NCBI GenBank assembly: GCA_963845145.1
Contig: CAWJQU010000013.1
Coordinates: 32,001 to 96,000 of the forward strand
Source: an uncultured delta proteobacterium
GTDB lineage: Bacteria; Desulfobacterota; Desulfobacteria; Desulfobacterales; QNYZ01
Length of the DNA stretch: 64,000 nt
Direction of reading: 5' to 3'
Shown: in pieces, positions 26,974 to 35,982 of the stretch
Position numbering within the stretch: position 1 is the first letter of the stretch
Layout of the letters: the number at the start of each line of letters is the position of its first letter
Made by a program: the position numbers and the translations under genes
The notes under the pieces: model-generated
Databases searched by the model: none
The model's input: the letters and a program-made list of their open reading frames with translations, nothing else
What the model was told of the DNA's origin: nothing

Positions 26974-27810
26974 TCAAGGCGTGACCCATTCTCCTTCTTT
27001 TCTGTAATCAAGACTGATCTGTTTCAGTTCATTCTTATGCTTTAAAAAGCGTGATTTCATACCCACCAGCCACTCCCCGTGCTTGATCACATCTTGGAGA
27101 GTCAGGAAAAATTCATGATCACTTTTTCTGATGTCAAAAACCGGACCGCCCTTTTTCATATCAATCGTCCCGATATTGCTGCATAGCATGCATTGAATCC
27201 TGTTATTTTCAAGGAAACGGAATGTCTCTCCCCCGCACAGGGGACAGGATGAACTTTTTTTATTTGATACCGGTTCAAACAGAGTTGACGCCAGTTGGGA
27301 AGCGATTTCCTTGTTTTTGGGGTGCATAAAAATTTCTCCGGGAAGCGCTCCATAAACAATTACGCTTTTTTTCATATCGGCCAGAAGAAGCTTAATGAAA
27401 CTTTCGATGCCGAGAAGGGTATAGCCTTCCTTACCTTCAATACCCGCAATACCAATGCCGACCGCCGGCTTTCCCCACAATTTTTCAGCGTTGCTATACA
27501 GGGCAAGCCCCCTGTCCGTGAACCGTTTAAGGCTGGCATTGGCTCCCAGAAAATAAGTGGGCGTCGATACAATCAACGCATCGGATTCCAGGATAATGTC
27601 AGCAATCCGGTTATAGTCATCTTTTAAAACACAGCCTTTTTGTTTTATCAGGCACATGTAACAACCGGTGCAGGGCATGATATTAAAATCAGACAGACGC
27701 AGGAGTTTCAGTTGATGTGGTTCGGTGATATTTCGGCTTATCTCCTTAATGATGATCTCACTATTCCCCAGCTTTCGGGGTGAACCGATTATTCCGAGTA
27801 TTTTTTTCAA
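26974..27810 (-). CDS. Flavodoxin-fold iron-sulfur flavoprotein / NADPH-dependent FMN reductase family
   Basis: AAAGGA RBS then TTG 27810; 'ILGIIGSPRKLGNS', 'PCTGCYMC...C..KDD', 'TPTYF'; extra CPLC...CMLC zinc-ribbon motif. Confidence 0.85.
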   Translation of the reverse strand: MKKILGIIGSPRKLGNSEIIIKEISRNITEPHQLKLLRLSDFNIMPCTGCYMCLIKQKGCVLKDDYNRIADIILESDALIVSTPTYFLGANASLKRFTDRGLALYSNAEKLWGKPAVGIGIAGIEGKEGYTLLGIESFIKLLLADMKKSVIVYGALPGEIFMHPKNKEIASQLASTLFEPVSNKKSSSCPLCGGETFRFLENNRIQCMLCSNIGTIDMKKGGPVFDIRKSDHEFFLTLQDVIKHGEWLVGMKSRFLKHKNELKQISLDYRKEGEWVTP

Positions 27811-27912
27811 AGCGATTCCTTTTCTCAAGGCGTTTACGTACAAAGAATCCGGATAGCCAACTATTACCTAAATTTCACAAAAAATCGCTCAACTTAGGTA
27901 TTATCACATTTT

Positions 27913-27927
27913 GTTAGTATACAAACT
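27913..27927. promoter_or_regulatory. Putative MarR operator, copy 1
   Basis: Near-palindrome GTTAGTATACAAAC upstream of the flavodoxin gene; related CTTTGTATGCGAAC at 28408-28421 upstream of marR. Confidence 0.5.
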
Positions 27928-27973
27928 TAAGCCTCAATAAAAATCAGGCCCTTTTCGGCCCAGGCGCCATGGC

Positions 27974-28396
27974 CTATAAAAGATCTCTCAACATGCGCTT
28001 CAACAATACCTGTTCTTCCAGTGTGAAACCTGCCAGGAGTGCTTCGTTGGCCTTTTTCCGCTCCTCAATCAGACGATCTTTCATTTCAGTTGCCCTGGAT
28101 GAAGGGAAAAGCCTGTTCGCCCTTAAATCTTCTGCATCCTGTTTCTTTATTATCCAGCCGGCATCCACCATTCGGTCAAGAACCCCTGACAAGGTGGCCT
28201 TGTCCAGGATTAGGCTTTTTCCCAGTTCTGAAGCGGTAACCCCATCACGGTACCACAGGCCTTCAAGAACCAGGTGTTGCATATTTGTCAAACCATAGGG
28301 TTTCAAACGTTTCTTAAAGTCGCCATGGGCCTTCTGATATGCTTTACCCAACAGAAAAACCGTACAATCAGGTGAATCTTCAGGTATTTTTGTCAT
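27974..28396 (-). CDS. MarR family transcriptional regulator
   Basis: 'GLTNMQHLVL...GVTASELGKSLILDKATLSGVLDRMVDAGWI...DLR'. Confidence 0.92.
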   Translation of the reverse strand: MTKIPEDSPDCTVFLLGKAYQKAHGDFKKRLKPYGLTNMQHLVLEGLWYRDGVTASELGKSLILDKATLSGVLDRMVDAGWIIKKQDAEDLRANRLFPSSRATEMKDRLIEERKKANEALLAGFTLEEQVLLKRMLRDLL

Positions 28397-28407
28397 TTTC
28401 CAATCTC

Positions 28408-28421
28408 CTTTGTATGCGAAC
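28408..28421. promoter_or_regulatory. Putative MarR operator, copy 2
   Basis: CTTTGTATGCGAAC next to the marR RBS. Confidence 0.45.
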
Positions 28422-28634
28422 TATTATGTTCCTTAGTTGCTGTCAAGGGATTTTTGCTGGGTCGAACCGGTATGCCCTCTGAAACTAAAAATACGAATCG
28501 GGTAATGTGACCCCGGATAGATTGACATTAAAGCCGCTGTTGGTATATTTCTTAAGACTTGAAGTCATCGGTGATGAAAGGCCGTTCGGTCATAATCTTT
28601 CAAATAATTAAGAATTGCTAAGGGGCACATCGGA

Positions 28635-30122
28635 ATGGATCGTGAACTCATTTTAAATTACGAAAAAGATATCGGATCGGCATTTGAGGATAGCCTTACC
28701 GAGATCTACACCCACGATTTTTTCCAGCTGGCCCTTGAACGCGAGATCGAACGTGCCAAACGGTACGACGCAAAATTCATTCTGGCTATGCTTGGGGTCG
28801 ATGATTTTGCTTCATTCAACGAGCATCATGGTATCCTCAAGGCAAACATGCTGCTACGGCAGATTGCCGCAATTATCAAAGTCAATATGCGCCAGACGGA
28901 TTTGGTGGCGCGGTATGCCGGCAGCAGCTTTGCAGTCATTATGACCGATACCCATCCAGCCGGTGGGCTGCGCGTCCTGGAACGCGTTCAACGTAAAATT
29001 GCCGCTGCCATGAATAATGAGATTAGCATTAGTATCGGCTTGGCGACCTGGCCCCAGAATGCGAATACCAAAAAAGGAATGCTTGAGACAGCGACGGCTG
29101 CACTGGAACAGGCTCGGGTCCGGGGCTTTAACAGTCTATTCTCCTTTGACGTTGCAAAAACGACACCGATCGACAAAGAGCTTCCTCTGGTATTGCTGGT
29201 AGATGATGAGCCGATGAATCTTAAATTGATGGAAGCGTTAATGGTGTCATTAAAATATGATGTCGTTAAAGCTTCCAACGGTCTCGAAGCCCTTGACGTG
29301 ATCGCTCGTGAGGATGTCGATTTGGTACTGCTGGACGTGATGATGCCTGAAATGGATGGATTTGAAGTATGCCGACGGCTCAAGTCCAAAGAGCGTACCC
29401 GTATGATTCCGGTGATCTTGGTCACAGCGTTAGAGGATACCGAATCCAAAATCAGAGGTATCGAATCGGGTGCGGACGATTTCATCTCTAAACCGCCCAA
29501 TCTGGCTGAACTGCGGGCACGTACCAAATCCCTGATTCAACTTAATATACTAAATCGTAATCTGGCCAGTATTGAAACGGTTCTCTTCTCTCTTGCTAAT
29601 GCCGTGGAAGCTAAATGCGCTTATACCCAGGGACATATCACACGGGTTTCCAATATGGCGGTTCAGTTGGGCCGTAAAATGGGTCTTAGTGATGCAGAAC
29701 TGGAAGCCTTGCGCTTAGGCGGAGCACTCCATGATATCGGTAAAATCGGTATCAGTGAAGCCATTCTCAATAAGACCGAACCTCTTAATGCCGGCGAACA
29801 AAAAATTATGCAAACCCACGCCGAAATCGGCTATCGTATCTGTCTGCCCCTTGAAAAAAACCTGGGCGCCGCTCTGGATGTCGTCCGCCACCATCACGAG
29901 AAGATGGACGGTTCGGGGTACCCCGATGGCATTGACCGCGATGAGATCTCTAATGTTGCCCGAATCATGGCCGTGGTGGATATTTATGATGCCCTCACAT
30001 CCGACCGACCTTATCGAAAAGGATTGATCCACGAAAAAGCGGTCGACATTCTCCGCGAGGAGGCCGAAGCCGGGAAACTCGACCCCAGCGTGGTTGCGGC
30101 ACTGGTGACGATGGTCACCTGA
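28635..30122 (+). CDS. Degenerate GGDEF - REC - HD-GYP c-di-GMP phosphodiesterase
   Basis: GGDEF fold with 'RQTDLVARYAGSSF'; REC 'LLVDDE...LLDVMMP'; 'LHDIGK...HHEKMDGSGYP'; upstream TTGACA(28522)-16 nt-TATATT. Confidence 0.88.
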   Translation: MDRELILNYEKDIGSAFEDSLTEIYTHDFFQLALEREIERAKRYDAKFILAMLGVDDFASFNEHHGILKANMLLRQIAAIIKVNMRQTDLVARYAGSSFAVIMTDTHPAGGLRVLERVQRKIAAAMNNEISISIGLATWPQNANTKKGMLETATAALEQARVRGFNSLFSFDVAKTTPIDKELPLVLLVDDEPMNLKLMEALMVSLKYDVVKASNGLEALDVIAREDVDLVLLDVMMPEMDGFEVCRRLKSKERTRMIPVILVTALEDTESKIRGIESGADDFISKPPNLAELRARTKSLIQLNILNRNLASIETVLFSLANAVEAKCAYTQGHITRVSNMAVQLGRKMGLSDAELEALRLGGALHDIGKIGISEAILNKTEPLNAGEQKIMQTHAEIGYRICLPLEKNLGAALDVVRHHHEKMDGSGYPDGIDRDEISNVARIMAVVDIYDALTSDRPYRKGLIHEKAVDILREEAEAGKLDPSVVAALVTMVT

Positions 30123-30130
30123 CTTGCCTA

Positions 30131-30299
30131 AAGGCTCGCGCAAAAATAATTTCACATTTTAAGCGCCGATGCATCCCGATGCATCCCGTCTGGCGATGTT
30201 GCGAAAGCTCGGAATATCTCGATATTCCTGCGCTTTCACGCCTTGCCAGGCGGGCGCCTCAACACCTAAAACTGTGAACTTATTTTTACACGAACCCTA
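30131..30299. mobile_element. MITE-like non-autonomous element / long palindromic repeat
   Basis: Imperfect ~33-bp terminal inverted repeats (AAGGCTCGCGCAAAAATAATTTCACATTTTAAG versus reverse complement AGGGTTCGTGTAAAAATAAGTTCACAGTTTTAGG), TA at both flanks, nested internal stems, no ORF. Confidence 0.7.
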
Positions 30300-30372
30300 C
30301 GGGTGACGCATTCCGATGCGCAGAAGTTACCCATAGAAAAAAACGGGGTATCGATATTCCTATTTCACTGGC

Positions 30373-31269
30373 TCATCGGACGTGTTGGTGCCAGTCCGTC
30401 GTTTTGAACCACTTGTGATGCAATTTTTCAAAACGGCCATCCTTTTTAATATCCGCCAAAAATGTATTCAGCCATTTGAGAAAATCCGGATCATTCTGTC
30501 GAATGGCCCAGGCTATCGGTTCTACGGTGAATGGCTTATCGAGAAATATGATTTTATCGGTGCCATGGAGCGCTGAGAATACGGCATTGAACGGTAAGTC
30601 GTAAACAAATGCATCCGCCCTGCCATCAAGTACGGCCATCGCTCCGGCTTCTTCGGTATTATATGGTTGATAGGTGCAGTCGGGAATCATTTTGCGGACC
30701 GCAGCTTCACCGGTAGTGGCCGGTTTGGAAGCTACCGTATATTTTGGGTCATTCAGATCCTTGTAAGACTTGACCGTGTCATGATGCTTTTTGTTCAAAA
30801 GAACCGTTTGGCCTATCCACATGAAAGGTTCCGAAAAATCCACCCTGTTTTTGCGGTCTTCCGTCACGGACATGCCACTCATGATGATATCAAACCGGCC
30901 CAGATTGAGGGCCGGAATAATGCTGGGCCAGAGTGTGTCAACAAACTCTGCCCTGACGCCCAGCGCCTTGGCCATTTCAATGCCCATATCGATATCGAAT
31001 CCGATTAGACTAAGCTGGCGTCCTTTTTTCCGGAATCCGCCATGGCGGATCTCCTTCTGGCGGAGACCACTGCGCTGATCGATCATCTCAAAGGGCATGT
31101 AGCCTACCTCCAGGCCAATCCGCAGTTTGCCCCGTTTTAAAATACCCTCTAAGGTGGAGTCCTTTGACAATTCAACATCCGCGGCCATTACCGGGATATC
31201 GCCTTGCCCTATGAAAGAGACGATCACAAATACTAAAATGATTATTTTAAAGCAGATTGTCTTATGCAT
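30373..31269 (-). CDS. Amino-acid ABC transporter substrate-binding protein (family 3)
   Basis: Signal peptide; 'YMPFE', 'GFDIDMG', 'IIPAL...FDIIMSGMSVTEDRKNRVDFSEP'. Confidence 0.9.
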   Translation of the reverse strand: MHKTICFKIIILVFVIVSFIGQGDIPVMAADVELSKDSTLEGILKRGKLRIGLEVGYMPFEMIDQRSGLRQKEIRHGGFRKKGRQLSLIGFDIDMGIEMAKALGVRAEFVDTLWPSIIPALNLGRFDIIMSGMSVTEDRKNRVDFSEPFMWIGQTVLLNKKHHDTVKSYKDLNDPKYTVASKPATTGEAAVRKMIPDCTYQPYNTEEAGAMAVLDGRADAFVYDLPFNAVFSALHGTDKIIFLDKPFTVEPIAWAIRQNDPDFLKWLNTFLADIKKDGRFEKLHHKWFKTTDWHQHVR

Positions 31270-31318
31270 GGTCGTTTCTCCTTTCTGCTTTTTAATTTTT
31301 TACCGATGACCAACGTTT

Positions 31319-32759
31319 TTATCGGGTAGCGCTTTGTTCGAGACCCGTATCGGGCACTTCTACCTCCTCTTCCAATGGATCAATGGTAATATTGAACCAA
31401 CCGTAGAGCATCGAAACAATGGGTGTAATCCAGCAGAAAAAATTAAACGGCAAATAGGCGATGGTGGGTACCCCTAAAGTGGCTGCTTGATAGGCTCCGC
31501 CAGAGTTCCACGGGACCAAATTGGCGGTTACCGTGGCGCTGTCTTCGATGGCGCGGGAAAGGTTTTTAGGGTGCAAGCCCTTATCTTTGTATGACTGTGC
31601 ATACATTTTGCCAGTCATAACGATAGACATATATTGATCGCACAAGATCAGGTTGGCGCCGATGGCCGTCAGGATGGTTGCTGTAATCAGAGAGCCAGTG
31701 GATTGCGCCTTTTTTAGAATGACTTCTACCACAACCCGCAGCTGATTCGTCTTCTCCATAATCCCGCCGAACATCATGGCGCAAATAACGAGCGACACCG
31801 TATACATCATGGACTCAAAGCCACCTTTGGTCAGCAGGTTGTCCACCGCTTCTATCCCGGAGTTGCTGACATATCCGCCGTAGGCTGCCGACAGCAGATT
31901 GCCGAAAGAATTGCCCTGAAAAATTGCCCCAAGAACACCGGCCGAAAGTATACCTATCGACGATGCCTGGAACAGCCGGAATCTTGCGAAAGGCCAGAGC
32001 CATAACCAGAAGGGGGGGAATCAGTAAAAATGGGTTTATCGAAAATTGTGATTGGATACCGGTCAAAATTTGGTTTACGCTGTCCAATTTGGCTTCACCG
32101 CCCCCACCGTAAAAAAATCCAATGACTATTTCTATGATTAGGGTGAGGCCATAGCTAAGGCCTGTCGTATAGCTCATATGTTTAATGTGCGTATAAAGGT
32201 CGGTACCGACCATGGCCGGCGCCATGTTGGTGGTATCGGATAGTGGGGACATTTTATCGCCGAAATAAGCGCCGGATAGAACCGCTCCGGCAACAAGGGG
32301 GAGCGGAAACCCAAGCCCTGCGCCAATGCCGATCAAGGCGATTCCGATCGTCCCGGAAGTCCCCCAGGAAGAGCCGGTTGCCAGGGAAGTGATCGAACAG
32401 ATAATCAAAGTGGCCGGTAAAAAAATTTTAGGGTGGAGCACTTTCAATCCATAATAGAGCAGTGTGGGAACCACCCCGCTTAAAATCCAGACACCGATTA
32501 ATATGCCGATAATGCACAAAATTACAATTGCCTGCAGGGAATTGGTAATGCCGTTCAGCATGCCGGTTTCAATATCTTTCCAGCTATATCCGGCCCGTAA
32601 TCCAACTAGGGCAGCGATAAAAACACCTAGTAGTATGGGCACATGTGCGTCTGATTCGTAGCGTAAAATGGCCAGGCTAATGAAAATAATGAGCCCAAGG
32701 ATCGATATCAATGCTTCCCATAGATAAGGGTCTCGCCTCTCTTTGTGCTTCGTCATCAT
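31319..32759 (-). CDS. nhaC: NhaC-family Na+/H+ antiporter or amino-acid transporter (one frameshift at ~31960)
   Basis: 'TGSSWGTSGTIG', 'SGAYFGDKMSPLSDTTN', 'DQYMSIV', 'LSRAIEDSAT...LVPWNSGG'; span is 3n+1. Confidence 0.85.
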
Positions 32760-32800
32760 TCTCTCCTTTAATTATTTATAATTGGGAGCAAATCCGTATT

Positions 32801-33259
32801 TCAGCTGTTTTTGATCAGCAAAACTGGAACACTGGCCATGCGTGAAACTTTTTCCGCGACGGAGCCAAACATCACTTTTTGGACGGTTGTACCGGTGCCC
32901 ATGATGATGAGATCGATCCCCTCGGATTCGACATAGCTTAAAATTTGTTTGTAATGGGTTCCGGACACAACGGTCGAGTTCGCGATACGAATATTCTGAA
33001 GGTGGCGTTTTATAAAGGTATCGAGTTTTTGCTGCGCCTGTACCAACACCTGATCTTCAAAATCGCTGGCAATTCGTTTGAAATCGGGTTTGGGCGGATC
33101 GGATACATAGGTGTCGACAAACCAGTCAAATCGACGTAAAACGTGAAGAAGATGGACCTCTCCGTCAAACTTCTCAGCCATGGTGACCACAAAAGGGGCG
33201 ATCTTGGGGGAGATATCCGTAAGTGCAATTGGGTAGAGAATCTTTTTAAACACTTCCAT
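32801..33259 (-). CDS. Universal stress protein
   Basis: 'FKKILYP...IDLIIMGTG...FGSVAEKVSRMASVPVLLI'. Confidence 0.9.
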   Translation of the reverse strand: MEVFKKILYPIALTDISPKIAPFVVTMAEKFDGEVHLLHVLRRFDWFVDTYVSDPPKPDFKRIASDFEDQVLVQAQQKLDTFIKRHLQNIRIANSTVVSGTHYKQILSYVESEGIDLIIMGTGTTVQKVMFGSVAEKVSRMASVPVLLIKNS

Positions 33260-33340
33260 AAGTCCTCCTTATCTTTTTAGGTTCCAGGTTTCTTTGATCT
33301 AAACGGTCATTTTTTCTTAAGACCGGTTTTTGAATACCGG

Positions 33341-34714
33341 TTAGATCACACCATACTCTTTGAGTCGACGACGGAGCGTATTTAATCCAATGTCCAGTAA
33401 TCGTGCCGCTTGAGACTTGTTAAGGCCGGCCTGCTCATAGACCTGTAGAATGTGGCGCTTCTCAATTTGGGCCAACGGTGCAACAGGGGAAAGGTTGCTT
33501 TGGCGGGCACATTTTATAATCGATTTTCGCTTCAACAGTTGATCGGGCAAATGGTCGGCGGCTATGCGTTTGCCCTGGGAGAGGTTAGCGGCGGATTGAA
33601 CAATGGATTTCAATTCGCGGATGTTTCCGGGCCATTCGTACTCCATCAGCAGGCAGACAGCCTCCGCTTCGATGCCGGTATTTTTTTTGTCATCACGGTA
33701 CGCCTTTAAAAATTGTTCTACCAGCAGAGGGATATCCTCGGTGCGATCCCTTAAAGGGGGTAAGTGGAGCCATCCCCCCCGAATACGATAGTACAGATCC
33801 TGGCGAAATGTCCCCTTTTTCATTTGGCGATCAAGGTCGGCATTGGTCGCGGCGATGAAGCGGATATCCGCTCTGCGATAACTGTCGGCCCCCACTTTGG
33901 TATATTCGCCATCTTGTAAAACACGAAGTAATTTTCCCTGCATGTCCAGCGGCATATTGCCGATCTCATCCAAAAACAGCGTTCCGCCGCTGGTATGTTC
34001 CAGGTATCCGGCGCGGTTGTTTTCGGCACCGGTAAATGCCCCCCGGGTATGCCCGAAAAACTCGGACTCGAATAGGTTGCCGGTAACGGTGGCCATATTT
34101 ACGGGCGTGAATCGCTCCGCATGTCTCGGACTGGCCATATGGATGGCATGGGCAAGAAGTTCTTTGCCGGTGCCGCTTTCACCCGTGATCAAGACAGGAA
34201 CATCGCTCCCCGCATGGAGTTCGGCCTCTTTTAAGACTCTTAAAACATTTTTGGACCGCGTGGAAATCCGTTTGAATGGTGCCGGGTTTGACAGTTGAGG
34301 CAGGATCTTTCCTTTTTCAATATCCAGAATGTCCAGAAGGCGCTTTTTTTCCAGGGTTCGCCGCATGGAAAAAACGAGATCTTCCTGAGATATTGGTTTT
34401 ACCAGGTAATCGTACGCACCTTTTTTAAGGCATTCTACGGCCACCCGCGCCTCGTTTACCGCCGTTACCATGATACACTCGGTCCTGGGGCTGGCATGCT
34501 TGATTCGCTCCAACAGTCCGAGCCCATCCATTTCCGGCATGGTCATATCAATAAGGGCGATATCAAACGGCGTATGCTTCCTTTCGACCAAGGCGGCCGC
34601 ATTCAGGGAATTGTCTTTCACGGTGACCTTGTTAAACCCGGCATCGGAAAGCTTGCTTTTTAGGATGTGCAGATAATCTTTATCATCGTCGACAATCAGA
34701 ATAACGGGTTCCAT
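33341..34714 (-). CDS. Sigma-54-dependent response regulator (NtrC family: REC-AAA+-Fis HTH)
   Basis: 'GESGTGKE', 'GAFTGA', 'TLFLDEIG', 'WPGNIREL', C-terminal HTH. Confidence 0.95.
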   Translation of the reverse strand: MEPVILIVDDDKDYLHILKSKLSDAGFNKVTVKDNSLNAAALVERKHTPFDIALIDMTMPEMDGLGLLERIKHASPRTECIMVTAVNEARVAVECLKKGAYDYLVKPISQEDLVFSMRRTLEKKRLLDILDIEKGKILPQLSNPAPFKRISTRSKNVLRVLKEAELHAGSDVPVLITGESGTGKELLAHAIHMASPRHAERFTPVNMATVTGNLFESEFFGHTRGAFTGAENNRAGYLEHTSGGTLFLDEIGNMPLDMQGKLLRVLQDGEYTKVGADSYRRADIRFIAATNADLDRQMKKGTFRQDLYYRIRGGWLHLPPLRDRTEDIPLLVEQFLKAYRDDKKNTGIEAEAVCLLMEYEWPGNIRELKSIVQSAANLSQGKRIAADHLPDQLLKRKSIIKCARQSNLSPVAPLAQIEKRHILQVYEQAGLNKSQAARLLDIGLNTLRRRLKEYGVI

Positions 34715-34765
34715 CGCATACCTTTACGCTAATGGGAGGGGAGGGCATCGGTCTAAAATGGTCTA

Positions 34766-34838
34766 TGCCAAAATGGCAGAGATATCTCCATCTGCTTGGT
34801 ATTTATTATTATTCATTAACACATATGCCAGAATGGCA
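34766..34838. promoter_or_regulatory. Two enhancer-like palindromes TGCCA-N3-TGGCA
   Basis: TGCCAAAATGGCA 34766-34778 and TGCCAGAATGGCA 34826-34838, upstream of a sigma-54 promoter. Confidence 0.7.
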
Positions 34839-34948
34839 CAATCGGTTCATTGGTTTTTTCGTCCGACACATCACCAGGGATCGGCATTGTCCGTGATAAC
34901 TATCTGGATATATATGTAATATATTTTTTTAGAGATGGCGGGTCAGGC

Positions 34949-34964
34949 TGGTATCAATATTGCT
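34949..34964 (+). promoter_or_regulatory. Sigma-54 (-24/-12) promoter of the metF-hdr operon
   Basis: TGGTATCAATATTGCT: GG(34950-34951)-N10-GC(34962-34963). Confidence 0.75.
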
Positions 34965-35068
34965 CTAACAGTCGTTAAATTTTCAAGCAAGCTAAAATCC
35001 AGCAAATAAAAGTCCAGCAAGCCCATATTAAAATTGCGGTGGATTAGAATCGTCCCGGGGGGAAACCG

Positions 35069-35941
35069 ATGAAGCTCAAACAAAAGTTAGACACAGATGC
35101 GTTTATTATTCTAGCGGAGATGGAACCACCCAAAGGGGTTGATGTATCAGCCATGGTGGCCCATGCCAAAAGGGTTAAAGGCGATGTCGATGCCTTTGTT
35201 ATACCGGAGATGAGCAATGCCGTCATGCGGATGAGTTCCCTGGGTGGGGCGATGATACTGCAGTCAATGGGGATGGAAACGGTCATGCAGGTGAATTGCC
35301 GGGACCGGAACCGGATCGCGTTGCAGGCCGACCTGTTGGCCGCAAATGGTTGCGGTATCGAGAATGTTATGGCGGTGACCGGTGAAGAACCGAGTTTTGG
35401 TGATCATCATCAGGCCCGTTCTGTTTACGACATCGACTTGCACGAGTTGCTGGGGGCCATCAACGGGTTGACTCAAGGAAGGGATATGGCCGGCATTGAA
35501 CTATCCGGCGCACCCCGGTTTCTGGCGGGAACCACGGCGAATATCGGTGCCAAGGGTAGATCCCCCGACGTCGAAATGGAGGAGATGAAGAAAAAGCGAG
35601 CGGCTGGAGCCGAATTTTTCATTACACCGCCAATCTTCGATCTTTCCGTCATTCAACCCTTTCTGACACGGATCAATCTGGAGGAGATAAAAATAATACC
35701 CACCGTTCTTTTGCTCAAATCGGTGGGTATGGCACGCTACATGTCCCGGAATGTAGACCATGTGTACATTCCCGATGCCCTGATTCAAAGGCTTCAAAAA
35801 GCCGGGGATAAAAAAAGGGAATGCGTGCAGGTTGCTTCCGATTTGGTCGGCGCTTTGAAAAAGGAGGGCTTCAGCGGTGTCTGTCTGGTCACCCTCGGCT
35901 GGGAGGAAAAGCTGCCGGAGATTCTAAAAAACGTTCGATAG
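35069..35941 (+). CDS. metF: Methylenetetrahydrofolate reductase family protein, divergent paralog
   Basis: 'EMEPPKG', 'CRDRNRIALQADLL', 'AGAEFFIT'; similar to the 41711 gene. Confidence 0.8.
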   Translation: MKLKQKLDTDAFIILAEMEPPKGVDVSAMVAHAKRVKGDVDAFVIPEMSNAVMRMSSLGGAMILQSMGMETVMQVNCRDRNRIALQADLLAANGCGIENVMAVTGEEPSFGDHHQARSVYDIDLHELLGAINGLTQGRDMAGIELSGAPRFLAGTTANIGAKGRSPDVEMEEMKKKRAAGAEFFITPPIFDLSVIQPFLTRINLEEIKIIPTVLLLKSVGMARYMSRNVDHVYIPDALIQRLQKAGDKKRECVQVASDLVGALKKEGFSGVCLVTLGWEEKLPEILKNVR

Positions 35942-35982
35942 TCAGTACTTAATCAATATGGGCAAATAATTTGGAGGGCCAA

